From positions 5,037-69,036 of the forward strand of contig CAZDFB010000002.1 in assembly GCA_964504605.1 (NCBI GenBank): 64,000 nucleotides of DNA. Direction: 5' to 3'. The stretch comes from an uncultured Oscillospiraceae bacterium. Lineage in GTDB: Bacteria; Bacillota; Clostridia; Oscillospirales; Oscillospiraceae. The notes under the pieces were generated by a model that searched no databases, had not been told where the DNA came from, and worked only from the letters and a program-made list of their open reading frames with translations. Both the position numbers and the translations under genes were made by a program. Below, in pieces: positions 1 to 12,021 of the stretch (position 1 is the stretch's first letter; each line of letters begins with the position of its first letter).

Positions 1-2221
<2,221 letters not shown>

Positions 2222-2261
2222 AGCATAAAACCTGCCCCGGGAACAATATGTTATGAATGGA

Positions 2262-2295
2262 AACCCCCTCCGTATGAAGCCATACGGAGGGGGTT
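2262..2295. terminator. Bidirectional stem-loop between convergent ligA and the small Cys-rich ORF
   Basis: CCCCCTCCGTATG / CATACGGAGGGGG stem, followed by a T-run (GAACGTTTTT). Confidence 0.6.
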
Positions 2296-2313
2296 GAACG
2301 TTTTTGAAGGGGA

Positions 2314-2541
2314 TTACAGGGAATAATCTTCCTTGTCATATTTAGCAAAATCCATAGCCTTGCTCTTTTTGGGGATCCGCTTTGTGGGATCGTAGCGGAA
2401 GCGGCGGCATTTACCGTCCATCGGGCAGACCCCCTTTTTGGAACAAAGGACCTGCTCATCATCCAGCCTGGCCCCGAAGGTACAGTAGGAGCAGGAACGT
2501 TCAATTTTTTTGCGGAACAGCATGGCAAACCCTCGTTTCAT
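2314..2541 (-). CDS. Small Cys-rich hypothetical protein
   Basis: 75-aa ORF with CxxC...C...C...C spacing and a basic tail. It sits between the terminator and ylbJ. No family recognised. Confidence 0.4.
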   Translation of the reverse strand: MKRGFAMLFRKKIERSCSYCTFGARLDDEQVLCSKKGVCPMDGKCRRFRYDPTKRIPKKSKAMDFAKYDKEDYSL

Positions 2542-2556
2542 ATTCGGATGAACCCA

Positions 2557-3567
2557 TTATACACCAAGCTTTGCCGGAATGCTACTGATTTTTCTCTTTT
2601 TTATTCCCAGGGGAAGGAAAACAAGCACGAGAGCAGGAAGCGTAATCCAGAGGCCGTTCAGCCGGCTTTCCTCCGGGAAAAGCAGCTGGACCAGGAGAGC
2701 AAAAAATACACTGAAGAGGGTTTGCAGGAGCTTTCCCGGAAGATACAGGGAAATATCCGTATCCTGCGCCACAGTTACCGTCTGCATGGTGACACACAGC
2801 CCGCCAAAGGCCAGCATGGCGGCGCAGAGCACAAACCGAAGGCCCAGATTTTCCACGGAACCGAGGGCACAGCAGCCGTTTGACAGCTCCAGAAGCCCGG
2901 TTAGCGCAATGCGCAGATTTTCTCCCGGAAGCCACCCAAACCAGCGGTCCAAAAAGCAGATCAGCACCCGAAACAGAACAATCCAGCCGCATATGGTCCC
3001 CATTGTCCGAACAGCGGAGGAAAGGGAGGCGGATATCCCCGGAGGATTGCCGGGGGAAGGAGAGGCGGTATTCCGGCTTTTACCGGGAAGCAGGAGGGCA
3101 ACCAGCAGGGCGCTGGCAATGTGGATACCCCAAAGGGCCCAGCCCATCCAAAGCCTTGGGAAAACGCTGGCAGCCATCCCGAAAAGGAAGGCGGGTCCGG
3201 CGTTGCTGCAAAAGGCCAGCATACGCCGTGCATCCCGGGGGTGAAGTGTGCCGTTTTTTTGAGCGGCTCCAATAAGCTGCGCACCCAGGGGATAGCCACC
3301 CAGAAAGCCGGCCAGTAAAATGGACTCCGCTCCTGCGGGAATTCCGGTGAGACGACTAAGCCCCCGGAGAAAGGGAATTTTCCGCCCGGAAAGGGAGCTG
3401 GTTACCAGCCCGGAAAGAACGATAAAGGGAAAAAGTGAAGGAATTACGGTTTTTATGCAAAGTCCGATGCCCTCCCGGGCCCCAAGAAGGGCGGTCTTGC
3501 TGTCCAGAATCAGGGGGAGCATCCCGATGGCGGCTGCGACACCCGGAATGGCGCTTGATTTATTCAT
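2557..3567 (-). CDS. ylbJ: Sporulation integral membrane protein YlbJ (nucleoside-recognition-domain type)
   Basis: Polytopic membrane protein with Gly/Pro-rich TM segments typical of YlbJ. Start chosen at MNKSSAIPG, preceded by RBS GAGGTG. The longer ORF to 3624 lacks an RBS. Confidence 0.7.
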   Translation of the reverse strand: MNKSSAIPGVAAAIGMLPLILDSKTALLGAREGIGLCIKTVIPSLFPFIVLSGLVTSSLSGRKIPFLRGLSRLTGIPAGAESILLAGFLGGYPLGAQLIGAAQKNGTLHPRDARRMLAFCSNAGPAFLFGMAASVFPRLWMGWALWGIHIASALLVALLLPGKSRNTASPSPGNPPGISASLSSAVRTMGTICGWIVLFRVLICFLDRWFGWLPGENLRIALTGLLELSNGCCALGSVENLGLRFVLCAAMLAFGGLCVTMQTVTVAQDTDISLYLPGKLLQTLFSVFFALLVQLLFPEESRLNGLWITLPALVLVFLPLGIKKRKISSIPAKLGV

Positions 3568-3644
3568 GATCTCACCTCGGAAGAATCTATGCGCCGGAAT
3601 GAAAAAACATCCCACCGGATGCATATGCTGGAAGCAAAAAGGGG

Positions 3645-3935
3645 GTGCCGCTTTTGGCGGATCGGAAGCGCTGGATGGAGCGCCTGGCGGACAGCATGGA
3701 TTTACACACGGAGCCGCTGCCTCTGGAATCCCTTGTTGAGATTGTGGGTTTCAGGCGGGTGCTGATTGAAAATCACAACGGGGTATGCCAGTACAGCCCG
3801 GAAAAAATCTGCGTAAAGGTTCGCTGCGGTACCGTGGCTGTGTCGGGCCAGGCCCTGGAGCTGACCAGAATGACCGGGGAGCAGCTGGTGATTTCCGGGG
3901 AAATTGCGGGCATAAGCCTTGTCCGGAGGGATTGA
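3645..3935 (+). CDS. yqfC: Sporulation protein YqfC (YabP family)
   Basis: ...VEIVGFRRVLIENHNGVCQYSPEKI...ISGEIAGISLV matches the YabP/YqfC pattern (ENH.G). It is followed by yqfD as in Bacillus. The exact start is uncertain (GTG 3645, TTG 3654 or ATG 3675). Confidence 0.75.
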   Translation: MPLLADRKRWMERLADSMDLHTEPLPLESLVEIVGFRRVLIENHNGVCQYSPEKICVKVRCGTVAVSGQALELTRMTGEQLVISGEIAGISLVRRD

Positions 3936-3936
3936 T

Positions 3937-5124
3937 ATGGATTTTGTGTCATCCGCCATGGGGATGGTCCGGGCGGAACTGCTTACGGCGGATATTGCCG
4001 CTGCACTGGAAAATCTGAACAGGGCGGGAATTCCGGTTTTTACTGTAAAAGCCATGGATGGAGTGCGTGTTATTCTGGACTTAAACCGGAGGGATTATAA
4101 AAAAGCCTGGGTCATCTGCCGGAAACGGGGGGAAAAGCTGAGGCTTCTTAAAAGAACCGGGATATACTGGAGTCTTAAGGCCATTGCGAAACGTCCCCTT
4201 CTGTTATTCGGGCTGGCGGTGCTGGTAATGGCGGGTGCTCTGCTTCCAAGCCGGGTGCTGTTCGTTCAGGTGGAGGGAAATCAGATTGTCCCGGATAATC
4301 GCATTTTTGCGGCGGCCCAGGAGCTGGGCCTGGGGTTTGGAGCCCTTCGCAGGGATATCCGCAGTGAACGGCTGAAAAATGCCCTGCTGGAGGAGATTCC
4401 ACAGCTGCAGTGGGTGGGTGTGAATACCCGGGGCTGTGTTGCTGTTATCCGCGTCCGGGAGCGCAGCCCGGTGGAAGCGCTGCCTGTGGAGCCCGCTGTC
4501 AGCAGCATTGTGGCGGCGGCGGACGGGATTATCCTGTCCGCCACCGCCACCCGGGGAAATTTGCTCTGCCAGCCGGGGCAGGCGGTCACTGCCGGGGAGT
4601 TGCTGATCTCGGGATATACGGATTCCGGCTTCTGTATCCGGGCCACCCGGGCTCAGGGAGAGGTTTATGCCCGGACGAGACACATTTTATCGGTTACAGC
4701 ACCCTCTGAAGGGATACAAAGGGGTACACAAACGGGAACCCGGGTCCGCTACAGCCTTATTTTTGGAAAAAAACGAATAAATTTATGGAAAGGTAGTGGA
4801 ATTTCAGATGCTGTTTGTGGTAGAATGTATGAAGCGTATTATCTCACACTGCCGGGCGGCTTGACTTTGCCGGTTGCCCTGATAAAGGAAACCCTTTCCT
4901 GCTGGGAGACGGAAATCGTCTCCTGCCAAAGCCCTGGGCTTCAGGCCGGGGCGGAGAACTTTGCCCGGGGATATCTGAAAAGCCGGATGATCGCCGGAAC
5001 CCTGGAGCGCCAAAGCATCCGGGTAACCTGGCTGGAGGATGCCTGCCGTCTGGAGGGCACCTTCCACTGTGTGGAAATGATCGGAAGGCAGAGAACAGAA
5101 CAGATTGGAGAAGAGCATGAGTAA
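3937..5124 (+). CDS. yqfD: Sporulation protein YqfD (stage IV sporulation)
   Basis: About 395 aa with a central TM segment, located downstream of yqfC. ATG at 3937 is preceded by GGAGGG and lies 1 nt after the yqfC stop. Confidence 0.75.
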   Translation: MDFVSSAMGMVRAELLTADIAAALENLNRAGIPVFTVKAMDGVRVILDLNRRDYKKAWVICRKRGEKLRLLKRTGIYWSLKAIAKRPLLLFGLAVLVMAGALLPSRVLFVQVEGNQIVPDNRIFAAAQELGLGFGALRRDIRSERLKNALLEEIPQLQWVGVNTRGCVAVIRVRERSPVEALPVEPAVSSIVAAADGIILSATATRGNLLCQPGQAVTAGELLISGYTDSGFCIRATRAQGEVYARTRHILSVTAPSEGIQRGTQTGTRVRYSLIFGKKRINLWKGSGISDAVCGRMYEAYYLTLPGGLTLPVALIKETLSCWETEIVSCQSPGLQAGAENFARGYLKSRMIAGTLERQSIRVTWLEDACRLEGTFHCVEMIGRQRTEQIGEEHE

Positions 5125-6136
5125 GACTGTGGAGCGGATCGTCGGCGTGGAGCGGCTGGAAGACCTGATCGCCGTATTTGGATCCTTTGACGAAAATATC
5201 CGGCGCATCGAGGACGCGCTGCAGGTTCGGATTGTGAACCGTGAGACGGAACTGAAAATCACCGGCGATGAGGAAATGGCGGATAAGGCCGTCCGGACAC
5301 TGGAAGGGCTGCTGGCGCTGGCCTCCAAGGGGGAAACCATCGATGAGCAGCGGGTCCGGTATCTGATTACCCTGGTAAACGAGGGAAACGAAGCTCAGGT
5401 GGCCCAGATGGCAAAGGATGTGGTGTGCATCACCGCCAAGGGTAAGCCCATCAAGGCCAAAACCGTGGGCCAGCAGCACTACATGAAAGCCATTCAGAAA
5501 AACACCATTACCATCGGTGTGGGCCCTGCGGGCACCGGAAAAACCTACCTGGCTGTGGCTGCCGCTGTGGCTGCTTTCCGGGAGCGGACCGTGAACCGGA
5601 TCATTTTGACCCGCCCCGCTGTTGAAGCGGGTGAGCGGCTGGGCTTTCTACCCGGTGATTTGCAAAACAAGGTGGACCCCTACCTGCGTCCTCTGTACGA
5701 TGCACTTTACGATATGCTAGGCCCGGAGACTTTCCAGAAATATCAGGAGCGGGGCTCCATTGAGGTGGCACCCCTTGCCTATATGCGGGGCCGGACGCTG
5801 GATGACAGCTTCATCATTCTGGATGAGGCCCAGAACACCACCCGGGAGCAGATGAAAATGTTCCTGACACGCCTGGGCTTTGGCTCCAAAATCGTCATCA
5901 CTGGTGACGTTACCCAGATTGACCTGCCGGACGACAAGGTTTCCGGATTGAAGGATGCTGTGCGGGTGCTGGATGGGGTGAAGGATATTGCTATCTGCCG
6001 CCTGACTGCCGCTGACGTGGTTCGCCATGCACTGGTGCAGGAGATCATCACCGCCTACGAAAAGGACGCAAAGCACCGGGAAGAGAAAAAACTTCCCCCT
6101 CAGCAATTCCGGGGGACCTATAAGAGGAAAAAGTGA
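5117..6136 (+). CDS. phoH: PhoH-family ATPase
   Basis: Walker A GPAGTGKTYLAV and the PhoH core ...ILDEAQN...ITGD.TQIDLP. Conserved yqfD-phoH-ybeY order. Confidence 0.9.
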   Translation: MSKTVERIVGVERLEDLIAVFGSFDENIRRIEDALQVRIVNRETELKITGDEEMADKAVRTLEGLLALASKGETIDEQRVRYLITLVNEGNEAQVAQMAKDVVCITAKGKPIKAKTVGQQHYMKAIQKNTITIGVGPAGTGKTYLAVAAAVAAFRERTVNRIILTRPAVEAGERLGFLPGDLQNKVDPYLRPLYDALYDMLGPETFQKYQERGSIEVAPLAYMRGRTLDDSFIILDEAQNTTREQMKMFLTRLGFGSKIVITGDVTQIDLPDDKVSGLKDAVRVLDGVKDIAICRLTAADVVRHALVQEIITAYEKDAKHREEKKLPPQQFRGTYKRKK

Positions 6137-6137
6137 T

Positions 6138-6638
6138 ATGAGACATAAAATCAACCTTGTATTCGAAGAGCTGAGCCTGCAAAAATTTACCATTCGGGCC
6201 ATAATCAAAAAGTGCATTCAGGAAACCTTAAAAGCGGAGGGAATCGGTGTTCCTTGCGAGATCAATGTCCTGGTGACCAACGATGCCGGGATTCAGCTGG
6301 TGAATCAGACCAGCCGGAATATTGACCGGCCTACGGATGTTCTTTCCTTCCCCATGTTTCAGCTGGAGCCGGGCAATCCGCCCACAGACTGGGTGCCCTA
6401 TCAGGACCCACAGACCGGTCTGGTGCCGCTGGGGGATATGTGCATCTCTTTGGAGCGGGCTGTGGCCCAGGCTCAGGAGTTCGGTCACAGCGCCCGCCGG
6501 GAGGTGGGGTATCTGACCATCCACTCCATGCTCCATCTGCTGGGCTACGACCACCTGGACGAGGGCCCCATGAAAAAGCAAATGCGGGGCAGGGAAGAGC
6601 AGATCGCTGCTGCAATTCCCAACATGAGCAGAGACTGA
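6138..6638 (+). CDS. ybeY: rRNA maturation endoribonuclease YbeY
   Basis: Zn motif HSMLHLLGYDH. ATG at 6138 directly after the phoH stop. Confidence 0.9.
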   Translation: MRHKINLVFEELSLQKFTIRAIIKKCIQETLKAEGIGVPCEINVLVTNDAGIQLVNQTSRNIDRPTDVLSFPMFQLEPGNPPTDWVPYQDPQTGLVPLGDMCISLERAVAQAQEFGHSARREVGYLTIHSMLHLLGYDHLDEGPMKKQMRGREEQIAAAIPNMSRD

Positions 6639-6797
6639 TGTAATTCAAAATTATAAATTCAGATTATAAATTTTCCGTAGGGATACATGAACCGCATTTC
6701 CAACGGAAGGAATCTTACCGTAGGGGCGGCCATTGGTTGCCACAACAGTGTATTTGCACCTATTAAAATGAATTTTACCGAAATCAGGAGAAAGAAT

Positions 6798-7685
6798 ATG
6801 AAAACCAAAACCGCTATGATTACCATTGCCGGACGGCCCAACGTGGGCAAGTCCACCCTGACCAACTATCTGGTTGGCGAAAAAATCGCCATTGTTTCCA
6901 ACAAGCCCCAGACCACCCGTAACCGCATCTGCGGCATCGTCACCCGGGAGGATACCCAGTTTGTCTTTGTGGATACCCCCGGATATCACCGCTCCCGCAC
7001 CAAGCTGGGAGACTATATGGTGAATGTGGCCCGGGATTCCATTGCGGACGTGGATGCCACCATTCTGGTGGTGGAGCCCATCGCTTCCATCGGACCCCAG
7101 GAGGAGGGGCTGATTGAGAAAATCACGGCCTCCCATTGTCCCGCTGTCCTGGCCATCAACAAAATCGACACCGTGGAAAAGGACAAGCTGCTGGAGGTCA
7201 TTGCCGTTTACTCCCAGAAAGCCAAATTCGATGCCATCATCCCCATTTCCGCCAAAACCGGCGATGGGGTGGAGGAACTGCTGAAGACCTGTGAGAGTTA
7301 CGCCCAGGAGGGCCCCTTCCTGTTTGACCCGGATTTGACCACCGACCAGCCCGAGCGCCAGGTTATGGCGGAAATCATCCGGGAAAAGCTGCTGTGGTGC
7401 CTGGATAAGGAGATTCCCCACGGCACTGCCGTGGAAATCACCCGGTTTTCCGAGCGGGACAGCGGCGTTATCGGTATCGATGCCACCATTTACTGCGAAA
7501 AGGCCAGTCATAAGGGCATCATCATCGGCAAGCAGGGCGCCATGCTGAAGAAAATCAGCTCCATGGCAAGAATCGACTGTGAAAAGTTCATGGGCACCAA
7601 GGTCTACCTGACCACCTGGGTCAAGGTCAAGGAAAACTGGCGGGACAGTGATTTCCTGATCCGGAATTTTGGCTATAACGAATAA
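6798..7685 (+). CDS. era: GTPase Era
   Basis: G1 GRPNVGKST, G3 DTPG, G4 NKID and a C-terminal KH domain. ATG 6798 follows AGGAG. Confidence 0.95.
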   Translation: MKTKTAMITIAGRPNVGKSTLTNYLVGEKIAIVSNKPQTTRNRICGIVTREDTQFVFVDTPGYHRSRTKLGDYMVNVARDSIADVDATILVVEPIASIGPQEEGLIEKITASHCPAVLAINKIDTVEKDKLLEVIAVYSQKAKFDAIIPISAKTGDGVEELLKTCESYAQEGPFLFDPDLTTDQPERQVMAEIIREKLLWCLDKEIPHGTAVEITRFSERDSGVIGIDATIYCEKASHKGIIIGKQGAMLKKISSMARIDCEKFMGTKVYLTTWVKVKENWRDSDFLIRNFGYNE

Positions 7686-7787
7686 TTTCCAGTAGTAACG
7701 TCGAAGAAAACGCAAATCCTATTTCTAAAGCAATCCATAGCACGATCCAAGACGACGATTTGCTGTGAAACACAGGAGGGAGCTTGC

Positions 7788-7931
7788 GTGAAACCTTCGG
7801 ATTACTGGCAATTATTTCTGGAAACCGGGGCACCGGAATACTACCTGCTATATCATAACGCAATGAAAATGGAGACAAATCATGTACCTGACGATTCAGG
7901 CCATCGTCCTGCGGGTCACGGACTACAATGA
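7788..7931 (+). CDS. yqzL: Candidate YqzL-family small protein (47 aa, below the ORF-track cutoff)
   Basis: GTG start 7 nt after AGGAGGG. The peptide VKPSDYWQLFLETGAPEYYLLYHNAMK... matches the recalled YqzL motif (W..F..TG....YLLY). It occupies the same era-recO position as in Bacillus. The 3' end overlaps recO by 50 nt. Confidence 0.4.
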   Translation: MKPSDYWQLFLETGAPEYYLLYHNAMKMETNHVPDDSGHRPAGHGLQ

Positions 7932-8625
7932 CCGGGACGCTCTGCTCACGGTCCTCAGTCGCAACCATGGCAAGCTGACCATCAAGGCCCGGGGCCTGCG
8001 GCGGAAAAACAGCCCCCTCATCGCCCCCTGCCAGCTGTTGGCCTTCGGAGAATTTACCCTCTTTGAGTACCGGGGACTGTATACCATCAACGAGGCCCAT
8101 TCCCTTGAGCTGTTTACGTCTCTGCGCAGGGACCTGACAAAGCTCAGTCTCGGTACCTATTTCGCTCAGGCGGCGGAGGTTATCTCTCAGGAGGACCTGC
8201 CCAACCCGGAGCTTCAATCGCTGCTGTTAAACAGCCTGTACGCTCTGTCGAAGCTGAGCCTGCCGGAGCCACTGGTGAAGGCAGTATTTGAGCTGCGGGC
8301 AGCGTGTCTCGCGGGCTACACACCGGACCTTTTTGGTTGCCATATCTGCGGGAACCAAACTCCGGACCGGTTCGATATTTCAGCCGGTCAGCTGGAGTGC
8401 CGTGGCTGCCGGTCGGGGGAGAGCCGGGGAATCCGTATGCCGGTGACACCGGGTATGCTGGAGGCCATGCAGTACATCTGCCTGTGCGACCCGAGAAAGC
8501 TTTTCTCTTTTCAGATCGGACAGGATACCCTGGAGCAGCTTTCCGCCCTGACGGAGGCCTACCTGACGACCCAATTGGAGCGGGGCTTTTCAACGCTGGA
8601 TTTTTATAAATCACTGCTCATCTGA
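7882..8625 (+). CDS. recO: DNA repair protein RecO
   Basis: 247 aa. N-terminal OB-fold pattern (IVLR..DY...D.L...L....GK....ARG.R) and a Cys cluster CHICGN...C.GC. Confidence 0.9.
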   Translation: MYLTIQAIVLRVTDYNDRDALLTVLSRNHGKLTIKARGLRRKNSPLIAPCQLLAFGEFTLFEYRGLYTINEAHSLELFTSLRRDLTKLSLGTYFAQAAEVISQEDLPNPELQSLLLNSLYALSKLSLPEPLVKAVFELRAACLAGYTPDLFGCHICGNQTPDRFDISAGQLECRGCRSGESRGIRMPVTPGMLEAMQYICLCDPRKLFSFQIGQDTLEQLSALTEAYLTTQLERGFSTLDFYKSLLI

Positions 8626-8682
8626 CCGCAGGCCGGGGGCATAACCCCACCGGCAATACTATATCCTGAAAAATCGGAAAGC

Positions 8683-9114
8683 GTGATTAAGATATATTAT
8701 CATATCATTACTGTTTCCTGTTTGCTATGGGTGTGGTTTCTTGGCTGTACAATATCCTGGCGGTTTGGCAAGGTTTGCCTTGTGGAAGGCATGGGCGTAA
8801 AAAGTGCTGAGTTTGCCGTTTTAGTCTTTTTCACCGTGGGAATCGTTCTCTATGCCTGCTTCCCGCAAGTTGGCTGCTGGGTGCTGTTGTGCGAGCTTGC
8901 GCTTTGGCTGTCTGTTCAGTTCTGCTGTCATTGGCGGTATACGATTTTTGGAGTCTCAGAGAGGAAACTCAAAGGTTATAATAAATGCTTTGAGGGAACT
9001 GTACGACTGTTTCCCGTGAGTGAAACTCGCCTGATTCCTGATTTATACCATATCGTGTTACATATTTTGATTGCATTGGATTTAATTTTGGTGCTTATGG
9101 GAAGCATCAAATAA
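8683..9114 (+). CDS. Hypothetical multi-pass membrane protein (Cys/Trp-rich)
   Basis: 143-aa ORF with a GTG start and 3-4 hydrophobic segments. Visibly more AT-rich than its neighbours. No family recognised. Confidence 0.4.
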   Translation: MIKIYYHIITVSCLLWVWFLGCTISWRFGKVCLVEGMGVKSAEFAVLVFFTVGIVLYACFPQVGCWVLLCELALWLSVQFCCHWRYTIFGVSERKLKGYNKCFEGTVRLFPVSETRLIPDLYHIVLHILIALDLILVLMGSIK

Positions 9115-9146
9115 TTCTACATTTACAAAGACTCAGGAGAAATACC

Positions 9147-11522
9147 ATGTCTGAACTATACGAAAAATCCCTTCTCAAGCTGGAGCTTGACCAGGTCTTG
9201 CAGCTTCTGGCGGACTGCGCCGGATCTGCCGGCGGCAAGGAGGCCTGCCTGCGGGTGCGGCCCAGCTCTGATCTGGAGGACGTAAATTTAATGCTGCAGC
9301 AGACGACGGCAGCATCTGACCTTTGTACCCGGAAGGGTAACCCTATTTTCGGAGACGTTGCCGATGTTTCGGCATCTCTGGAGCGGGCGGACCGGTGCGG
9401 CAGCCTGCAGCCTGTGGAACTGCTGCGGATTGGCGGCGTTCTTCGCTGCGCCCGGAATATTAAGGGCTATGTGTCCGATGATGATCCGCCGACGGTGCTG
9501 GATATTCTTTTCCGCGGGCTGACCCCCAATAAATATCTGGAAGACCGGATTTTCGGCGCAATCCTTTCCGAGGAGGAGATTGCGGACAACGCTTCTCCGG
9601 CTCTGGCGGATATCCGGCGGCATATGCGCATTCAGGCCGGCAAAATCCGGGACAGCCTGCAAAAGGTGATTTCCTCTCCAGCTTACAGCAAGTTCCTCCG
9701 GGAGCCCATTATTACCATCCGGGACGGACGGTATGTGGTGCCCGTGAAGAGCGAGTGTAAAAACGATGTTCCGGGCCTTGTTCATGATGTATCCGCCACA
9801 GGTTCCACCTATTTTGTGGAGCCCATGAGCGCCGTTACCGCCAACAATGCCCTGCGGGAGCTGGAGCTGAAGGAAAAGAAGGAAATCGAGCGGATCCTTG
9901 CGGAGCTGTCTGCGGAGGCGGCGGCCCACGGGGAGGATATCAACCTGAACTACCGGATGCTGGTGGAGCTGGACGTGATTTTCGCCAAGGCTAAGCTGGC
10001 CTACCGGATGCGGGCCTGGGCTCCCATCATGAACGAGGAGGGCAGAATTGACCTTCGGAAAGCCCGCCACCCGCTGATTGATGACAAAAAGGTGGTTCCT
10101 GTTTCCGTGCGTCTTGGCTCGGATTTTGATACGATGATTATTACCGGTCCCAATACCGGCGGCAAAACCGTTACCTTGAAGACCATTGGCCTGCTGACGC
10201 TGATGGCGGAATGCGGACTCCATATCCCCGCCGGGGACGGAAGCCAGCTTTCCACCTTTGAGGCGATTCTGGCGGATATCGGTGACGAGCAGAGCATTGC
10301 CCAGAGCCTTTCCACCTTCTCCAGCCATATGAGAACCATTGTGGATGTGGTCGATCAGTGTGACGACCGCACACTGGTGCTTTTTGATGAGCTGGGCGCG
10401 GGCACGGACCCTGCGGAGGGCGCTGCCCTTGCCATGGCAATCATCGAATTTTGCCGGAAGCTGAACAGCCGGGTGGTGGCAACGACCCACTACGCCGAGC
10501 TTAAGCTCTACGCCATGCGCACCAGGGGCGTTATCAATGCCTCCTGTGAATTTGACGTGGAGAGCCTTCGGCCCACCTACAAGCTCCTGATCGGCATTCC
10601 CGGCAAATCCAATGCCTTTGCGATTTCCCGGAAGTTGGGGCTTTCAGAGGACATCCTGAAGGAAGCGGATGACCTGGTGGGAAAAAGCGACAAGGATTTT
10701 GAAGATGTGCTCAGCCAGCTGGAGCAGCAGCGCCAGCAGATGGAAGCCGCCAGAAGGGAAGCGGAGCGGCTGAGGCAGGAAACGGCCCGGATCAAGCAGC
10801 AGAGCGAGGAATACAATGCTCAGCTGCAGAAGGAAAAGGAAAAGGCTATGGAGGCCGCCCGGAAGGAGGCCCAGCATATTATCGAGGAGGCCCGGGCGGC
10901 AGCAAACCTGGCATCCGAGGAGCTGAAGGCTCTGCGCAAGCAGCTTCAGAACAGTGCCGATACTACCAATCTCAACCAGCGTCAGGCGGAGGTCCGGAGA
11001 AGCCTGAATGAAATGGAGAGCAAGATTCGCTCCACCCAGCCCAAGGCCGAGCGGCCTCAGCCCAAGCGTGGAATTATGGTGGGCGATACGGTAGAGCTGC
11101 TGAAGCTGGGCACCAAGGCCAATGTTATTGCCATCAATAAGGACGGAACCTACCAGCTTCAGGCAGGAATCCTGAAGATGAACGCGAAGGCTGACGAAAT
11201 CTACCTGCTGGAGAACGAAAACCCCTATAAGGTCAAAGGTCGTCCTGCCCACTCGGGCCGGGAGATGAAGATGACGGCTATGTCCAGCGAGGTGGACCTG
11301 CGCGGCATGGATACGGTGGAGGCAGTGTGCGTGCTGGAGCGGTATATGGATGAGGCTATGCGGTCGAACCTGTCCCAGGTGCGGATTATCCACGGCAAGG
11401 GAACCGGTGTGCTCCGGGCCGCGGTTCAGCAGGCACTGAAAAAGAATAAATATGTAAAAAAATTCCGTCTGGGCGTGTATGGTGAGGGCGAGGACGGCGT
11501 TACCATCGCTGAGTTTGTTTGA
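9147..11522 (+). CDS. mutS2: Endonuclease MutS2
   Basis: 791 aa. Walker A GPNTGGKT, a long coiled coil and a C-terminal Smr domain (DLRGM...IIHGKGTGVLR). Confidence 0.95.
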   Translation: MSELYEKSLLKLELDQVLQLLADCAGSAGGKEACLRVRPSSDLEDVNLMLQQTTAASDLCTRKGNPIFGDVADVSASLERADRCGSLQPVELLRIGGVLRCARNIKGYVSDDDPPTVLDILFRGLTPNKYLEDRIFGAILSEEEIADNASPALADIRRHMRIQAGKIRDSLQKVISSPAYSKFLREPIITIRDGRYVVPVKSECKNDVPGLVHDVSATGSTYFVEPMSAVTANNALRELELKEKKEIERILAELSAEAAAHGEDINLNYRMLVELDVIFAKAKLAYRMRAWAPIMNEEGRIDLRKARHPLIDDKKVVPVSVRLGSDFDTMIITGPNTGGKTVTLKTIGLLTLMAECGLHIPAGDGSQLSTFEAILADIGDEQSIAQSLSTFSSHMRTIVDVVDQCDDRTLVLFDELGAGTDPAEGAALAMAIIEFCRKLNSRVVATTHYAELKLYAMRTRGVINASCEFDVESLRPTYKLLIGIPGKSNAFAISRKLGLSEDILKEADDLVGKSDKDFEDVLSQLEQQRQQMEAARREAERLRQETARIKQQSEEYNAQLQKEKEKAMEAARKEAQHIIEEARAAANLASEELKALRKQLQNSADTTNLNQRQAEVRRSLNEMESKIRSTQPKAERPQPKRGIMVGDTVELLKLGTKANVIAINKDGTYQLQAGILKMNAKADEIYLLENENPYKVKGRPAHSGREMKMTAMSSEVDLRGMDTVEAVCVLERYMDEAMRSNLSQVRIIHGKGTGVLRAAVQQALKKNKYVKKFRLGVYGEGEDGVTIAEFV

Positions 11523-11610
11523 ATTTACCAAAAACGATGACCGATTTGCAGGAAACTGAGGTTTGTTTGCACATTTATGACGCAGCTTGTTAATTTAGGC
11601 TGAAATTTTA

Positions 11611-11639
11611 TTGACTTTTTCGGTAAAAATAGCTATGAT
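11611..11639 (+). promoter_or_regulatory. Sigma-A-type promoter candidate for the HPr gene
   Basis: TTGACT - 17 nt - TATGAT, about 55 nt upstream of the ATG. Confidence 0.4.
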
Positions 11640-11693
11640 ATACGCAGAGCCGCCGTACTTTGACCAAGCTGCGGCGTAAAGGAGTGTTGATTT

Positions 11694-11954
11694 ATGTTCA
11701 ATAAGGAAGTAACGGTTCGTTGTGAATCCGGACTGCACAACCGTCAGGCTACATACTTCGTGCAGAAGGCCAACGAATTCGAGAGCAGCATCTGGCTGGA
11801 ATCCGGTAATCGGAAGATGAACGCGAAAAGTCTGCTGGGTATCATGTCCCTTGGCATTGTCACGGGTACAACCGTAAAGCTGACGGCGGTAGGCTCCGAT
11901 GCTGAGGCAGCCGTAAATGCTCTGGATGCTCTGCTCCAGCGGGATGTTTATTGA
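11694..11954 (+). CDS. ptsH: HPr-family phosphocarrier protein
   Basis: 86 aa. His15 in SGLHNRQA and Ser46 in NAKSLLGIMSL. Confidence 0.85.
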   Translation: MFNKEVTVRCESGLHNRQATYFVQKANEFESSIWLESGNRKMNAKSLLGIMSLGIVTGTTVKLTAVGSDAEAAVNALDALLQRDVY

Positions 11955-11970
11955 TATTCTTTGAAATTGG

Positions 11971-12012
11971 GCCGCCTCAATGCCGAAAATACGCATTGAG
12001 GCGGTTCTTTTT
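11971..12012 (+). terminator. Rho-independent terminator after the HPr gene
   Basis: GCCGCCTCAATG / CATTGAGGCGG stem followed by TTCTTTTT. Confidence 0.6.
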
Positions 12013-12021
12013 GGTGACACT

